Virus record (IMG/VR): IMGVR_UViG_3300007735_000780
Location: 3,511 to 67,510 of that record
Strand: one strand, 5' to 3'
DNA: 64,000 nt
DNA from: a virus
Position numbers and translations under genes: made by a program. This document shows, piece by piece, positions 21,035 to 30,562 of this stretch; within the stretch, counting starts at the first letter, position 1; the number at the start of each line of letters is the position of its first letter. Below the pieces are notes generated by a model. That model had not been told where the DNA came from, did no database searches, and was given only the letters and a program-made list of their open reading frames with translations.

Positions 21035-21181
21035 TTATGGTGTTAGTTTTGCTTGTGTTCCATCAGAAAATTTTACATATATAAATCCATCTGTATTCAT
21101 ATATAAAGTAACAAATCCACTGTCAGGTGTTTCTATTGACCCAGTAGCAACAAATTGTATTTCTGTTAAAAACTGTGACAT
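21035..21181 (-). CDS. Unannotated 48-aa adaptor-like protein (cassette B)
   Basis: Hand-translated MSQFLTEIQFVATGSIETPDSGFVTLYMNTDGFIYVKFSDGTQAKLTP; TAATG coupling; paralog of 12628-12792. Confidence 0.8.
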   Translation of the reverse strand: MSQFLTEIQFVATGSIETPDSGFVTLYMNTDGFIYVKFSDGTQAKLTP

Positions 21182-22332
21182 TATTGTGAAATGTAAACTA
21201 TATATTGATTTGAAGTGGGTGGATTAGCAAATATAATACTTGCTGTATTAGCATTTATTCTTCTAATATCTGGGTAAACTGTTTCACCATTTGAACTACT
21301 TTCATAAACTGTAATATGAAGATTTCTTGTATTAAAACCATGATTGATGTTAAATGATGATGATACACCGTTTCCTATAATAGAGGAAGTTGAAGTATAA
21401 GGATATGTTGAAGCAAATGATGCTGTTGTTGCAAATGATGCTGTAGGAACAGTAGAACCTGAAGGAACAGTTAAATTAGCATTATTAAAAGTTATATTAC
21501 CATTATCAAAACTGATACTAGCAGATACTGAACCACTTACAATATGAATTGAGTTGTTTCCTACATATAATTTACTCCATGCTTTAGTTGGTGATCCTAA
21601 ATTATAAGAAGAAGTATTACTGGTGTATGGTCCTCCAGGAGTAACATCTCCCATAATTTCTGTAGAACCCGTTACAACTAAAGAACCAGTAATTACAGCA
21701 CTTCCTGTATATGGGAAAGTTAGTTTAGCAATTTCGTTTGAAGCAGTAGTATATAAAAACCCGTTTCCATCTATACCAAGAACACTTACTATTGGGTTTT
21801 CACCTATACTAGGAAGAGACATATATGAAGGATTACTCCAGTCTAGGTGAGCTGTTGTTCCATCATTAGCATAAAGTATTCTATTTTCCCAATCAATAGA
21901 AAATTCATCTGCATTTGAAGACTGTAGTAATCTATTACCCCAGTCTAATGGAGTTTGACTTCCATTTTTTAAAAAAAAACTACCCCATTCTACAGTAGAA
22001 TTACCTGCACTTTTTAATTGTTCAGCATTCCAATCAACAGTTATATCACCATTAGTATTATACAAAGCACGATTAGTATCATCAACTATGATAGCAGGAG
22101 TAGAAATTATACTAGGACCTTGTCCATGTATAGAAAAAACACCAGAAACAATTAATGATCCTGATATTTCTGCACTTCCGGTGTATGGAAAAGGAAATGT
22201 TTTTACAGCATTTCCTGATCCGCTACCATAAAACATTTTACCTGTTACGGTGTTAATAGCCAATTCTCCTTGTAATAAGGAGGCAGGGGTTGAATTTGAA
22301 CCTGTACTATTTTTTATTATTATTGTAGCCAT
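21181..22332 (-). CDS. Fibre protein with N-terminal GELAIN (Mtd-N-like) domain
   Basis: TPASLLQGELAINTVTGKMFYG; DW-repeat region; C-terminal NHGFNTR...YIVYISQ domain shared with 12792-16565. Confidence 0.7.
   Translation of the reverse strand: MATIIIKNSTGSNSTPASLLQGELAINTVTGKMFYGSGSGNAVKTFPFPYTGSAEISGSLIVSGVFSIHGQGPSIISTPAIIVDDTNRALYNTNGDITVDWNAEQLKSAGNSTVEWGSFFLKNGSQTPLDWGNRLLQSSNADEFSIDWENRILYANDGTTAHLDWSNPSYMSLPSIGENPIVSVLGIDGNGFLYTTASNEIAKLTFPYTGSAVITGSLVVTGSTEIMGDVTPGGPYTSNTSSYNLGSPTKAWSKLYVGNNSIHIVSGSVSASISFDNGNITFNNANLTVPSGSTVPTASFATTASFASTYPYTSTSSIIGNGVSSSFNINHGFNTRNLHITVYESSSNGETVYPDIRRINANTASIIFANPPTSNQYIVYISQ
21661..21929. repeat. Dispersed repeat, copy 1 (copy 2 at ~32249-32523)
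   Basis: 21767-21929 matches 32361-32523 with only about 2 mismatches; second shared block FPYTGSAVITGSLVVTGST. Confidence 0.9.
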
Positions 22333-22347
22333 TATCTTTTATAAATA

Positions 22348-24840
22348 TTAAAAAGTACCTCCATTTATTACACCGTCAAAGTATGAAGCTGTAGATGCTG
22401 TTCCTAATAAAGAACCTGTAAATTCACCATGAAATGATCCACTAAATGATCCTGTGTTACTTAAAAATTGATCTACTCTATTTACTGTAACTATTACTGA
22501 GGGGATTGCAGGTGAAGCATCAATAGCACCTGAGCCTGTAGCGTATAATCTTATATTATTGTTATCAGCAGCCCATACTATTTGGAAGTAGTCGTTTGCA
22601 GAAGCATTTACAAACCAATTCCAAGCAGCTATTGCTTTATCATTCGCACCACCAGCTAAAGTAACAGCTGTATTTGTTTCAGCTAAATCAACTCCATTTT
22701 TTCTTAACCAAATATAAGCAATACCTGTTTGACCACTAGTTTTATCTAATTGGGCTGAGAATTGGATATCATATACTCCAGCATTAGCTGTTTTAATATA
22801 TGTGTTATATGGGCTAACTGATCCAGATATTGATACTCCATTTGAAATGTCTGTTGTATTAAGAGACATTGAGTATACAGCACCTACAGTACCTATAGAT
22901 TGAATGGTTGTATCATAAAAACTACCATATGAGCCTGTAGCTGTATTACCATATACTCCTCCACCTCCTGTTGAGGTAATAGTGACTTGACCTAACCCAT
23001 TTGTAGGGGATAAGGAAATATTTTGACCAGCTAATATTTGAGTTACTCCACCATTTAAAGCGTAAGTAGCATATGATGCTGTACCTAATAAAGAACTAGT
23101 TATACTACCAGAAACATTTAGACTACCTGTTAATCCATAACTACCTGTTAGTTGTTTTGTATTATTCCAAACTGTAGTATCATACATTAATAAATCACCA
23201 TATGTAGGTGATGTTAAAGATACATCAGTTAATCCGGCTAAAGTGGTTGATCCTCCACCTCCACCTCCACCTCCACCACCACCAACACCTCTAAACAATC
23301 CTCCTGCTCTAAATTCATAAGAAGCAGCTGTTGTAAAATCAGCATTATTTCTTAAGATTAAGTGTCCTACAAAAATAGCATTAGCAAATGTGTTAGGTGC
23401 TTCATTAAAAGGTTCAGTTAGTAAACCAGCAATAGCATTATCTTTACTTGAATAAGCAGCATTTCCATAATAAACATAAAACGCTTTAGTAGCACTATTA
23501 GGAAAATAAAATACTCTTTGAATTGACCAATGATTTGAAGGTACAGGAGTTAGTGATCCTGTGTTTGAATATTGAGTTGGGTCTATTGTTGTGTATCCAA
23601 CACCTGCGTTTGTATCGTAAACCCATCCTGATCCTGATTGGCGATATCTAAAAATTTTAGAGGTTGTTATGCCTGTTGCTTCAACAATATAGCTTGGATT
23701 ATTAGGATCTACTGTATAATTTCTTCCATCTACCCAAGCTGTTCCTCCACCTAATAATAAACCTCTTGAGCTACTGGGTGTTAGGTTATAATTTGCTATT
23801 TTTAAAGGTCCAAATGCTTTGATAAAATCGTATGATCTTTGTTTCCATCCATATCCTACACTAGGGAAAGTTTGAAATGCATTTATTGTAGATCTATTTT
23901 GATGAATAATAATACCAATAGGAATTAAAGTATTATAATCTCCATCATTATATGGAATCCCAGAAGCAGTTATTTGTGTATTAGAATTTATAGCTACAAA
24001 TGATTGATCAAAAGAAGCACTTAAAGGTGCTATACTAGCAGATAAATTAGACCAATTTAAAAATTTTATTGTTGGATATGGATCATCATTATATGAAGCA
24101 TTTAGATTCACAATAACACCACTACCACTTGATATTTGATATGTAGTACTATTAATTTGAGAAATTATTCCTCCATGTAATAATCCAGTATATAAATTAC
24201 CTTCTAACCATCTTAAACGAGTTGTATTAGCGTATCCATTACCATTTTGAGTAAAGTATAAGTCATTTGTAGAACCAGAAACATAAATGTAAGAAGCAGA
24301 TAATGCTTGGTTTATATTAGAAGTAACAGGATCAAATCTTAAATACCCATTTAAATCTACATTTCCAACAATAGAAACTGATTCTGATCCTGCTGATGGA
24401 GGATATTCTCCTTGGATTTGAAGAGTTCCGGATAATATAGTGTTTCCTACAAGTGTATTAGAACCGGTTGTAAATAAACTACCTGTTACAGTTTGATTAC
24501 CAATAAAAATATTTGAACCAGTAGTAGCTAAACTCGCAGATTTTGCTACAAAAACAGGATCTGTTTCTTGATAATAAGAAGCAGTAGCCGCAGTACCATT
24601 AAGACTACCGGTAAAACTTCCACTAAACGATCCTGTATTATAGGATGCTGTAAAGTTGTTTATACTTGAAGTAAACGCGTTAAAACTTGAAGTAGTTACT
24701 AGACTACCAGTATCTATTACAGCTGTAAAGGTAAATGCAGAACCAGTACCATCATAGACATTTACACCATCTGGTGTTTGTAAAACTCGTTGATATGTAT
24801 TTTCTATGTTTTGACCGGTTAAGTCAAATGGTCCTGCCAT
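22348..24840 (-). CDS. Virion fibre/structural protein
   Basis: 830 aa, TGS-rich, C-terminal C1q/TNF-like beta-sandwich pattern (GVYDIQFSAQL...IWLRKNG), ends NGGTF. Confidence 0.6.
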   Translation of the reverse strand: MAGPFDLTGQNIENTYQRVLQTPDGVNVYDGTGSAFTFTAVIDTGSLVTTSSFNAFTSSINNFTASYNTGSFSGSFTGSLNGTAATASYYQETDPVFVAKSASLATTGSNIFIGNQTVTGSLFTTGSNTLVGNTILSGTLQIQGEYPPSAGSESVSIVGNVDLNGYLRFDPVTSNINQALSASYIYVSGSTNDLYFTQNGNGYANTTRLRWLEGNLYTGLLHGGIISQINSTTYQISSGSGVIVNLNASYNDDPYPTIKFLNWSNLSASIAPLSASFDQSFVAINSNTQITASGIPYNDGDYNTLIPIGIIIHQNRSTINAFQTFPSVGYGWKQRSYDFIKAFGPLKIANYNLTPSSSRGLLLGGGTAWVDGRNYTVDPNNPSYIVEATGITTSKIFRYRQSGSGWVYDTNAGVGYTTIDPTQYSNTGSLTPVPSNHWSIQRVFYFPNSATKAFYVYYGNAAYSSKDNAIAGLLTEPFNEAPNTFANAIFVGHLILRNNADFTTAASYEFRAGGLFRGVGGGGGGGGGGGSTTLAGLTDVSLTSPTYGDLLMYDTTVWNNTKQLTGSYGLTGSLNVSGSITSSLLGTASYATYALNGGVTQILAGQNISLSPTNGLGQVTITSTGGGGVYGNTATGSYGSFYDTTIQSIGTVGAVYSMSLNTTDISNGVSISGSVSPYNTYIKTANAGVYDIQFSAQLDKTSGQTGIAYIWLRKNGVDLAETNTAVTLAGGANDKAIAAWNWFVNASANDYFQIVWAADNNNIRLYATGSGAIDASPAIPSVIVTVNRVDQFLSNTGSFSGSFHGEFTGSLLGTASTASYFDGVINGGTF

Positions 24841-24855
24841 AACTTTTTATTTATT

Positions 24856-25419
24856 TTATTTAGGGAGTTTTGATAAAATCCCATCTATGATTTCTTGAAC
24901 TTGATTTTGTTCAATTTTATTTTCTTGCAAATATGTAGCAACAATATTATTCACTTTGTCTTTTTTAATAGTTAAATTTTTAACATTAATGTCTTCTTTA
25001 ACTAACATTCTAACTAATTTTATAACGTGTTCTGTTATAGGATCAATTGTGTCTTCTTTAATACCCGTAACTTGAACTTTAGGAGCACTTTCAGTTATAA
25101 TTTCTGCGTCTTGGGACTTAACTTCTACTGTTATTTTTCTTGACGCCTCAACCTGAAATTTCGACTTCCAAGGAGTAAAATACGTATCCTCTGCTATAAC
25201 CTCAAGTTTAATTTGACCTTCTGTGTTATCTTCTAGTAAGCCTTTTAGTTTTTTAACGGGGATAGTACATTTGCCATCTTTATTTATAGTACCATTAAAC
25301 AAAAGACTAAGGTCTTCTGTTTCAATTATTAATCTGGCTTGGCTATTTTTTAGTGAGGCACCTTCAATTTTTATGTTGCACTCAAATAATTCAGGTTTGT
25401 CTGTAAATAATTTATACAT
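24856..25419 (-). CDS. Hypothetical protein
   Basis: 187-aa ORF, coupled within the structural operon. Confidence 0.6.
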   Translation of the reverse strand: MYKLFTDKPELFECNIKIEGASLKNSQARLIIETEDLSLLFNGTINKDGKCTIPVKKLKGLLEDNTEGQIKLEVIAEDTYFTPWKSKFQVEASRKITVEVKSQDAEIITESAPKVQVTGIKEDTIDPITEHVIKLVRMLVKEDINVKNLTIKKDKVNNIVATYLQENKIEQNQVQEIIDGILSKLPK

Positions 25420-25748
25420 TATAAGTCTACTTTAATGTTTATGCCTAGAACTTCTTTAGCTACTAAGGCTATGTCCGATATACGTATTTTACGATCTATT
25501 ACTTCTTTAGTTTCTTTAAAATCTATATTTTTTCCTTCACATTTCATTATTAAAGTAATAAAACGTTTTTTCTTTTGTTTATCCTTCCATAAATCTTCAG
25601 GTGCTTTACCTGCTGCTAAACCTTCTAAAACTTCAATTATTAAAGCACAGTCATCCCAAGTAAATGGATTTTTACTTTGATTTGGAAAAGGATTTGTTTC
25701 CCAAGCAAAATTTGCATTACCCCATTGAAACGGTATTCTAGTTGCCAT
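25419..25748 (-). CDS. Hypothetical protein
   Basis: 109-aa ORF with TAATG coupling on both sides. Confidence 0.6.
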   Translation of the reverse strand: MATRIPFQWGNANFAWETNPFPNQSKNPFTWDDCALIIEVLEGLAAGKAPEDLWKDKQKKKRFITLIMKCEGKNIDFKETKEVIDRKIRISDIALVAKEVLGINIKVDL

Positions 25749-26062
25749 TAAAATGTTCCTCCATCAATGTAACTAGCAGTTGAAGCATTAGTTGGTGTTA
25801 AAGTTATCAAACTAATTGAAAATGTTGAACCATTTCCTTTAGTAAGTGTTAAGTTAGGGTCTGAAAATGAAGCTGTTGTTAAAAGAGAACCAGTATTTGT
25901 ACTTCCACCTCCACCTCCTCCATTCATTGCAAATGAAGCTGTTAAAGCATAACTTGCTGAGGTAGCAGTTCTAGCAAAAGTAGCATTAGTAGCATTAGTT
26001 GCGTTTGTTGCGTTTGTTGCATTTGTTGCAAAAGCACTAGATATGGATCTTTTAGACGACAT
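25748..26062 (-). CDS. Small structural protein with (ATN)n repeat and C-terminal DGGTF
   Basis: ATNATNATNATNATNAT; shares a NTGSLL.TAS...T.TKG.GS.F module with 12792-16565. Confidence 0.6.
   Translation of the reverse strand: MSSKRSISSAFATNATNATNATNATNATFARTATSASYALTASFAMNGGGGGGSTNTGSLLTTASFSDPNLTLTKGNGSTFSISLITLTPTNASTASYIDGGTF
25980..26030. repeat. 9-bp coding tandem repeat (Ala-Thr-Asn)x5-6
   Basis: gtagcatta/gttgcgttt units visible in the sequence. Confidence 0.8.
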
Positions 26063-26074
26063 TAAAACTCATTT

Positions 26075-27544
26075 TTAAAATAAAGAACATGATCTTAAAG
26101 TTCCTCCAATATAAGCATACAAACGTGGATTTCCACTAACCAAAGTAAGAACCATTTCTCCTTCAATGTTTAATGATGGAGCAGCACTTTGAGTAGGAAT
26201 AACTATTGAAGGTTTATTTGTTACTTTAAAATAATCTCTTCTAACACTATTAGATGTTCCTCCTCCAACTATAAAATAACTAGTTGTATCACCTTGAGCG
26301 TTCCATTGACCTACTACAGTTTGAAATGAACCTGAAGCAACTGTACCTTGACCTTCAGTGTGGGAATAATTACCTGAAGCAATTGTTTGATTTCCTTCAG
26401 CGTGTGAATAAAGACCTGAAGCTGTATTGTTTAGTCCTTCAGCATGTGAATAAGAACCTAAAGCAAGAGTAATATTTCCTTCAGCATGTGAATAATCACC
26501 TATTGCTCTTGTTGATTGTCCTTCAGCATGTGAATAAGAACCTGAAGCAAAAGTTTGGTTACCTTCAGCATGAGAATATTGGTTTGAAGCTGTAGTTCGT
26601 AAACCTTCAGCATGTGAATAAGAACCTAAAGCAATTGTTTGATAACCTTCAGCATGTGAATAAGAACCTGAAGCAACTGTTTCTCTACCTTCAGCGTGTG
26701 AATAAAGACCTGAAGCTGTACTGTTTAGTCCTTCAACATGTGAGTATTGACCTAAAGCAATTGTTTGATAACCTTCAGCATGTGAATAATCACCTGAAGC
26801 AACTGTTAATCTTCCTTCAGCGTGTGAATATAAACCTATAGTTACTGTGTCTAAACCTTCAGTATGTGAGTAAGAACCTGCAGATAAAGTTCTTCTACCT
26901 TCAGCGTGTGATGCTCCACCTATTGCTACTGTATTAAGTCCTTCAGCATGTGCTCCATTAACTAATACAGTTTGATCACCAGCCCAAGTTGTAGGAGAAG
27001 TATTTAAAATATAAGCAGAAGTAATAGTACTTATTGGAGTAAAAAACAATTGAGTTGTAGTTGTAGCACTATCATATGACCTACTTGTAATTAATGGAGT
27101 AGTATAAGTATTGTTTGAAGGATTAAATATAATAGAATAATTTCCTACAGTAAATAAACTTGTTATATCTGTATAAGAAGGCATAAATGAAGCAGTACCG
27201 TTAGAAATAGAAGCAGAATATGCTCTATTTGTTCCTGCTTGAGTTGTAAGACCTTCAACGTGAGAATATAATGTTAAATTAAAAGTTCTAGTTCCATTTC
27301 CTTCAGCATGAGAACCAGTACCTGAAGCTGTTGTATTAAAACCTTCAGCATGGGAAATAATTCCTGATGCTAATGAAGCAGAACCTTCAGCATGAGAAAA
27401 TAAACCGGAAGCAGTAACACTGATTCCTTGTTCTAAACTTTGAGACAAATAAGTAACATATGAAGCTGTTTGAGAAAATGACGCACTTAAAGCATATGAT
27501 GCACTTAAAGGATTAGTTAATTGTTCTTTTCTTATTATACTCAT
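26075..27544 (-). CDS. SHAEG-repeat fibre protein
   Basis: About 18 tandem 14-aa SHAEG repeats; C-terminal cap shared with 30563-31573. Confidence 0.75.
   Translation of the reverse strand: MSIIRKEQLTNPLSASYALSASFSQTASYVTYLSQSLEQGISVTASGLFSHAEGSASLASGIISHAEGFNTTASGTGSHAEGNGTRTFNLTLYSHVEGLTTQAGTNRAYSASISNGTASFMPSYTDITSLFTVGNYSIIFNPSNNTYTTPLITSRSYDSATTTTQLFFTPISTITSAYILNTSPTTWAGDQTVLVNGAHAEGLNTVAIGGASHAEGRRTLSAGSYSHTEGLDTVTIGLYSHAEGRLTVASGDYSHAEGYQTIALGQYSHVEGLNSTASGLYSHAEGRETVASGSYSHAEGYQTIALGSYSHAEGLRTTASNQYSHAEGNQTFASGSYSHAEGQSTRAIGDYSHAEGNITLALGSYSHAEGLNNTASGLYSHAEGNQTIASGNYSHTEGQGTVASGSFQTVVGQWNAQGDTTSYFIVGGGTSNSVRRDYFKVTNKPSIVIPTQSAAPSLNIEGEMVLTLVSGNPRLYAYIGGTLRSCSLF
26898..27452. repeat. 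Dispersed ~555-bp repeat, copy 2
   Basis: Matches 14926-15480. Confidence 0.9.
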
Positions 27545-27546
27545 AT

Positions 27547-28809
27547 TTATGCAAATTTACCTATTACTACTATTTCGTCTGTTGATTGTAAAGTAAAACC
27601 TAAATTGGTTGTATTAACTGTTAAAGTACAAGTACCTCCTCCATTATCAACAAATGTTGTTATAGCATTTGGTTCCATTAATTGTCCATTTACATAATAA
27701 GAAAATGAAGTAGTACTTGTAGCTGGCAGTCCTGTTGGAGCGGTTAAAAATGTTCCTGTAAATACTGCTGTATTGGGGACAGTAACAGTTGTTGCTTGTA
27801 ATGCTTTACTTGTATTAATATAAATTAAAGTATTAATATCTACTGTTTGTGTTATATTATTTACTACTATATTAGGTGAATCTATAACTTTTGCTAAACC
27901 TCCTTTTTGCATATTTGTTTGATTAACATTAGAATTAAAATTACTTGTTTCTCCACTTATTATTTCTGTAGTAAAAGTTAATATACTTTTTTCAGAAAAT
28001 TTCTTTATAGAGTTTAAATCTTTTTGAGGAATGTCTGGGATGATGTATCCGTAAAGTGTTATTGATAGTGTGCATTTTACCACACGATCAGCACTATCAG
28101 ACAATTCTACAGTTGGGGTGAATGTGCTTATAGTTGCTTTAAATTTAAAACGTTCAGGATCACCCCAATATGAATCAGAAGCATATTCTAATGCTTCCAT
28201 AATCTTGTTTAATTGGTCATTATAATAGGTGAAAACAGCACAATCATAGGTGATATTTACGTAGTCAGGTACTACTGTGGCATAGTATGTTTTTCCACGT
28301 TTAACATTGTTTAAAATGTTAAATTTGCTGTATTCATTCTGTTTACTATACCTTTTACCATAAACAACAACATTGTTAGGGTTGTTAGCATCTAATTTGT
28401 TTGTTAAATTTCTAACTTTCTCTATACTGTTCTTTTTAAATATGATTAGAGGAGCCATTATACGACCATTTAAGTCTCTATAATAACCATCCTTTTGAAA
28501 TGATTTCCATTTTTCAGGTGAACCATAAATTATAGGTACAGGTATTCTTTCCCCGTTTTGTATTACAAATGGTTTTATAACGTTTTGAAAATAATACATT
28601 ACTGCCTCGTCTATATCCTGGATACCAATGGATAAAGGTTTAACAGTATCGTCTCTAAATGATGTTTGTTCTGCTCTGTTAAGAGAATTATCTTTATTAG
28701 GATTACCAGTAGACTGAAAACCAGGTGCCCCAGGTGGTGGTACAAATGGGGTTTGTTGAGAAATACTAATTTCTCTTTGTGTTTTAGGTATTGGTTTTCT
28801 TCCTGCCAT
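27547..28809 (-). CDS. Tail terminator / sheath stabiliser (T4 gp15-like) with C-terminal extension
   Basis: VPIIYGSPEKW, PDYVNITYD; follows the two neck genes. Confidence 0.65.
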   Translation of the reverse strand: MAGRKPIPKTQREISISQQTPFVPPPGAPGFQSTGNPNKDNSLNRAEQTSFRDDTVKPLSIGIQDIDEAVMYYFQNVIKPFVIQNGERIPVPIIYGSPEKWKSFQKDGYYRDLNGRIMAPLIIFKKNSIEKVRNLTNKLDANNPNNVVVYGKRYSKQNEYSKFNILNNVKRGKTYYATVVPDYVNITYDCAVFTYYNDQLNKIMEALEYASDSYWGDPERFKFKATISTFTPTVELSDSADRVVKCTLSITLYGYIIPDIPQKDLNSIKKFSEKSILTFTTEIISGETSNFNSNVNQTNMQKGGLAKVIDSPNIVVNNITQTVDINTLIYINTSKALQATTVTVPNTAVFTGTFLTAPTGLPATSTTSFSYYVNGQLMEPNAITTFVDNGGGTCTLTVNTTNLGFTLQSTDEIVVIGKFA

Positions 28810-29318
28810 TATAATCTTTGTTTAATTATGTTTACTCTATCTGCAGAAACATAATGTGTTTCACAAATTACACTCACATTATAACCAAAGTTTTCTAGTC
28901 CTGGATTTAATGGATTAGTAGCATAAGGATAGTCTGGGTCTTTACCTGCAAAGAATTGGGTTATGTTAGTGTTATCAACTTCAAAGTAACTTTCTTGATA
29001 CAGTATAATGTCTCCTACTTCAGGATGCACATTTGATTCTACTAAATCATCTCGTAAAAATGCTACTGTTACACCCCAATTAAAATCAACACCAAATTCA
29101 TTTGTGGGAGAAGTATTACCAGCTACTGTTATTAAAGCATTTAATAATACAGGTCCATCATAAAATTTACCACCTGATGCTTCACCATACATATTAACAG
29201 TAGTTTTGTCTAAAACAAATTTATAAATAGCACACTGTTGAGTAATGATGTCTCCTAATAACTCTCGGTTAATGTGTCTAAAAAGTGATATGTCTCTTTT
29301 ACCGCCAAAAAGTGCCAT
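28809..29318 (-). CDS. Neck / head-closure protein (gp14-like)
   Basis: NMYGEA, FGVD, PEVGDII motifs; synteny. Confidence 0.7.
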   Translation of the reverse strand: MALFGGKRDISLFRHINRELLGDIITQQCAIYKFVLDKTTVNMYGEASGGKFYDGPVLLNALITVAGNTSPTNEFGVDFNWGVTVAFLRDDLVESNVHPEVGDIILYQESYFEVDNTNITQFFAGKDPDYPYATNPLNPGLENFGYNVSVICETHYVSADRVNIIKQRL

Positions 29319-30481
29319 TATCCTATGTATATTACCATTGGTACGTTATTAATTTCTTGTTTTCTAAATTCACTTTCATCTTTTCTTCTTTCAAGTAAAG
29401 CTTTATTAGAAGTTTCATCAAGGTATATTCTTAATCTTTCAATTAATGCTTGTTTTTCGGCTGTTGCTGCTGATAATAAATCAGCTTGATTAAGAGTAAT
29501 ATTTTGGTCTGGTATAGGAACTGTACTGTATTTACCACGAACATATCCTAACATTTCTTTACATAATGCTAAAGCGTATTCAAAAATCCAAGACCTACCA
29601 ACAGCATTTATTTGTGTATAAGTAGGATAACCATAAGGAGCATTTGATACATTTGTTACTTTATCTCCACCTGTTTGTGTTATACTATTAGTATATCTGT
29701 CTTCTGTTTTAATATATTCAAACCATAAAAATCCCTGTCTAACATCATTACCTGTTGGTATTGGGAATATTTTTATATTATTGTTTATAATTTCAAATGT
29801 ATAATTTGATAGACGAATTGTATTGCTTAATTCTAATCCTTGTATTACAGCAGCATCATATGCTACAGGCATCATTAAGTATCCTCCTCCGTATCCTCCA
29901 CCATACATTCCACCGTAAATACCAGCAGCAGGTAATCCTCCTAAACCAGCAAATCCACCAAAAGGTGCATACATTTGATTTATAGCAGGTAAGTCTTGGT
30001 AAAATACTTTTTTAATTTCAATTCCACCTGAAATACTTTGACTAATAGCCCAGTCTTTTAAATCATATGTTTGTTGGCCTGGTGTTAATGCTAAAGCACC
30101 ACTGTAATAAGTTATATTTCCTCCTGCTCCAGCTTCAGCAGCATACTGTTGTGATAGTCTTATTATTTCTCCCATATTAGGAGTAATAATAGCATCATTA
30201 ACTTCTGTATCTGTAGGAGCACCATTTAATGATAAAAGATTATCTCTTATTTGAAATGAATAAATTTCATTACCATAAGTAGTTACTGCATCTTCAAATG
30301 CAGCATAAAAATTTAAATCTTGTAATTCAATGTCTACTAAAGGATAACCTAATCTTCTAGCACAATATGTAACAAATTTATCAATATCTTCTTGAAATTG
30401 AGAATCATAATCATAAAATCCAAACGGGGTTTGACCCGGAAAAAATGAAGATGAACCAGGATAAATAGGAATATTAGCCAT
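29318..30481 (-). CDS. Neck / head-tail adaptor (gp13-like)
   Basis: RRLGYPLVDIEL, WIFEYALALCKEMLGYVRGKY, ITLNQADL, ends IYIG. Confidence 0.8.
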   Translation of the reverse strand: MANIPIYPGSSSFFPGQTPFGFYDYDSQFQEDIDKFVTYCARRLGYPLVDIELQDLNFYAAFEDAVTTYGNEIYSFQIRDNLLSLNGAPTDTEVNDAIITPNMGEIIRLSQQYAAEAGAGGNITYYSGALALTPGQQTYDLKDWAISQSISGGIEIKKVFYQDLPAINQMYAPFGGFAGLGGLPAAGIYGGMYGGGYGGGYLMMPVAYDAAVIQGLELSNTIRLSNYTFEIINNNIKIFPIPTGNDVRQGFLWFEYIKTEDRYTNSITQTGGDKVTNVSNAPYGYPTYTQINAVGRSWIFEYALALCKEMLGYVRGKYSTVPIPDQNITLNQADLLSAATAEKQALIERLRIYLDETSNKALLERRKDESEFRKQEINNVPMVIYIG

Positions 30482-30510
30482 GAATAGAGTTTGTTTATAA
30501 ATATTAAGAG

Positions 30511-30540
30511 AAAACAGAAGACCCGAAATTGGGTCTTCTT
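30511..30540 (-). terminator. Rho-independent terminator
   Basis: AGAAGACCC-N6-GGGTCTTCT hairpin followed by GTTTT on the minus strand. Confidence 0.75.
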
Positions 30541-30562
30541 GTTATGATATTTATTTTTATTT

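Noticed and set aside
26330-26960. 42-bp periodic repeats (ccttcagcatgtgaata) resembling a CRISPR array
   Set aside because: They are in-frame coding repeats (SHAEG 14-mers) with degenerate third positions and related intervening sequence; no cas genes or unique spacers.
14926-27452. Repeat pair as a possible diversity-generating retroelement TR/VR
   Set aside because: Both copies are coding and mid-gene, mismatches are not restricted to adenines, and no reverse transcriptase is in the window.
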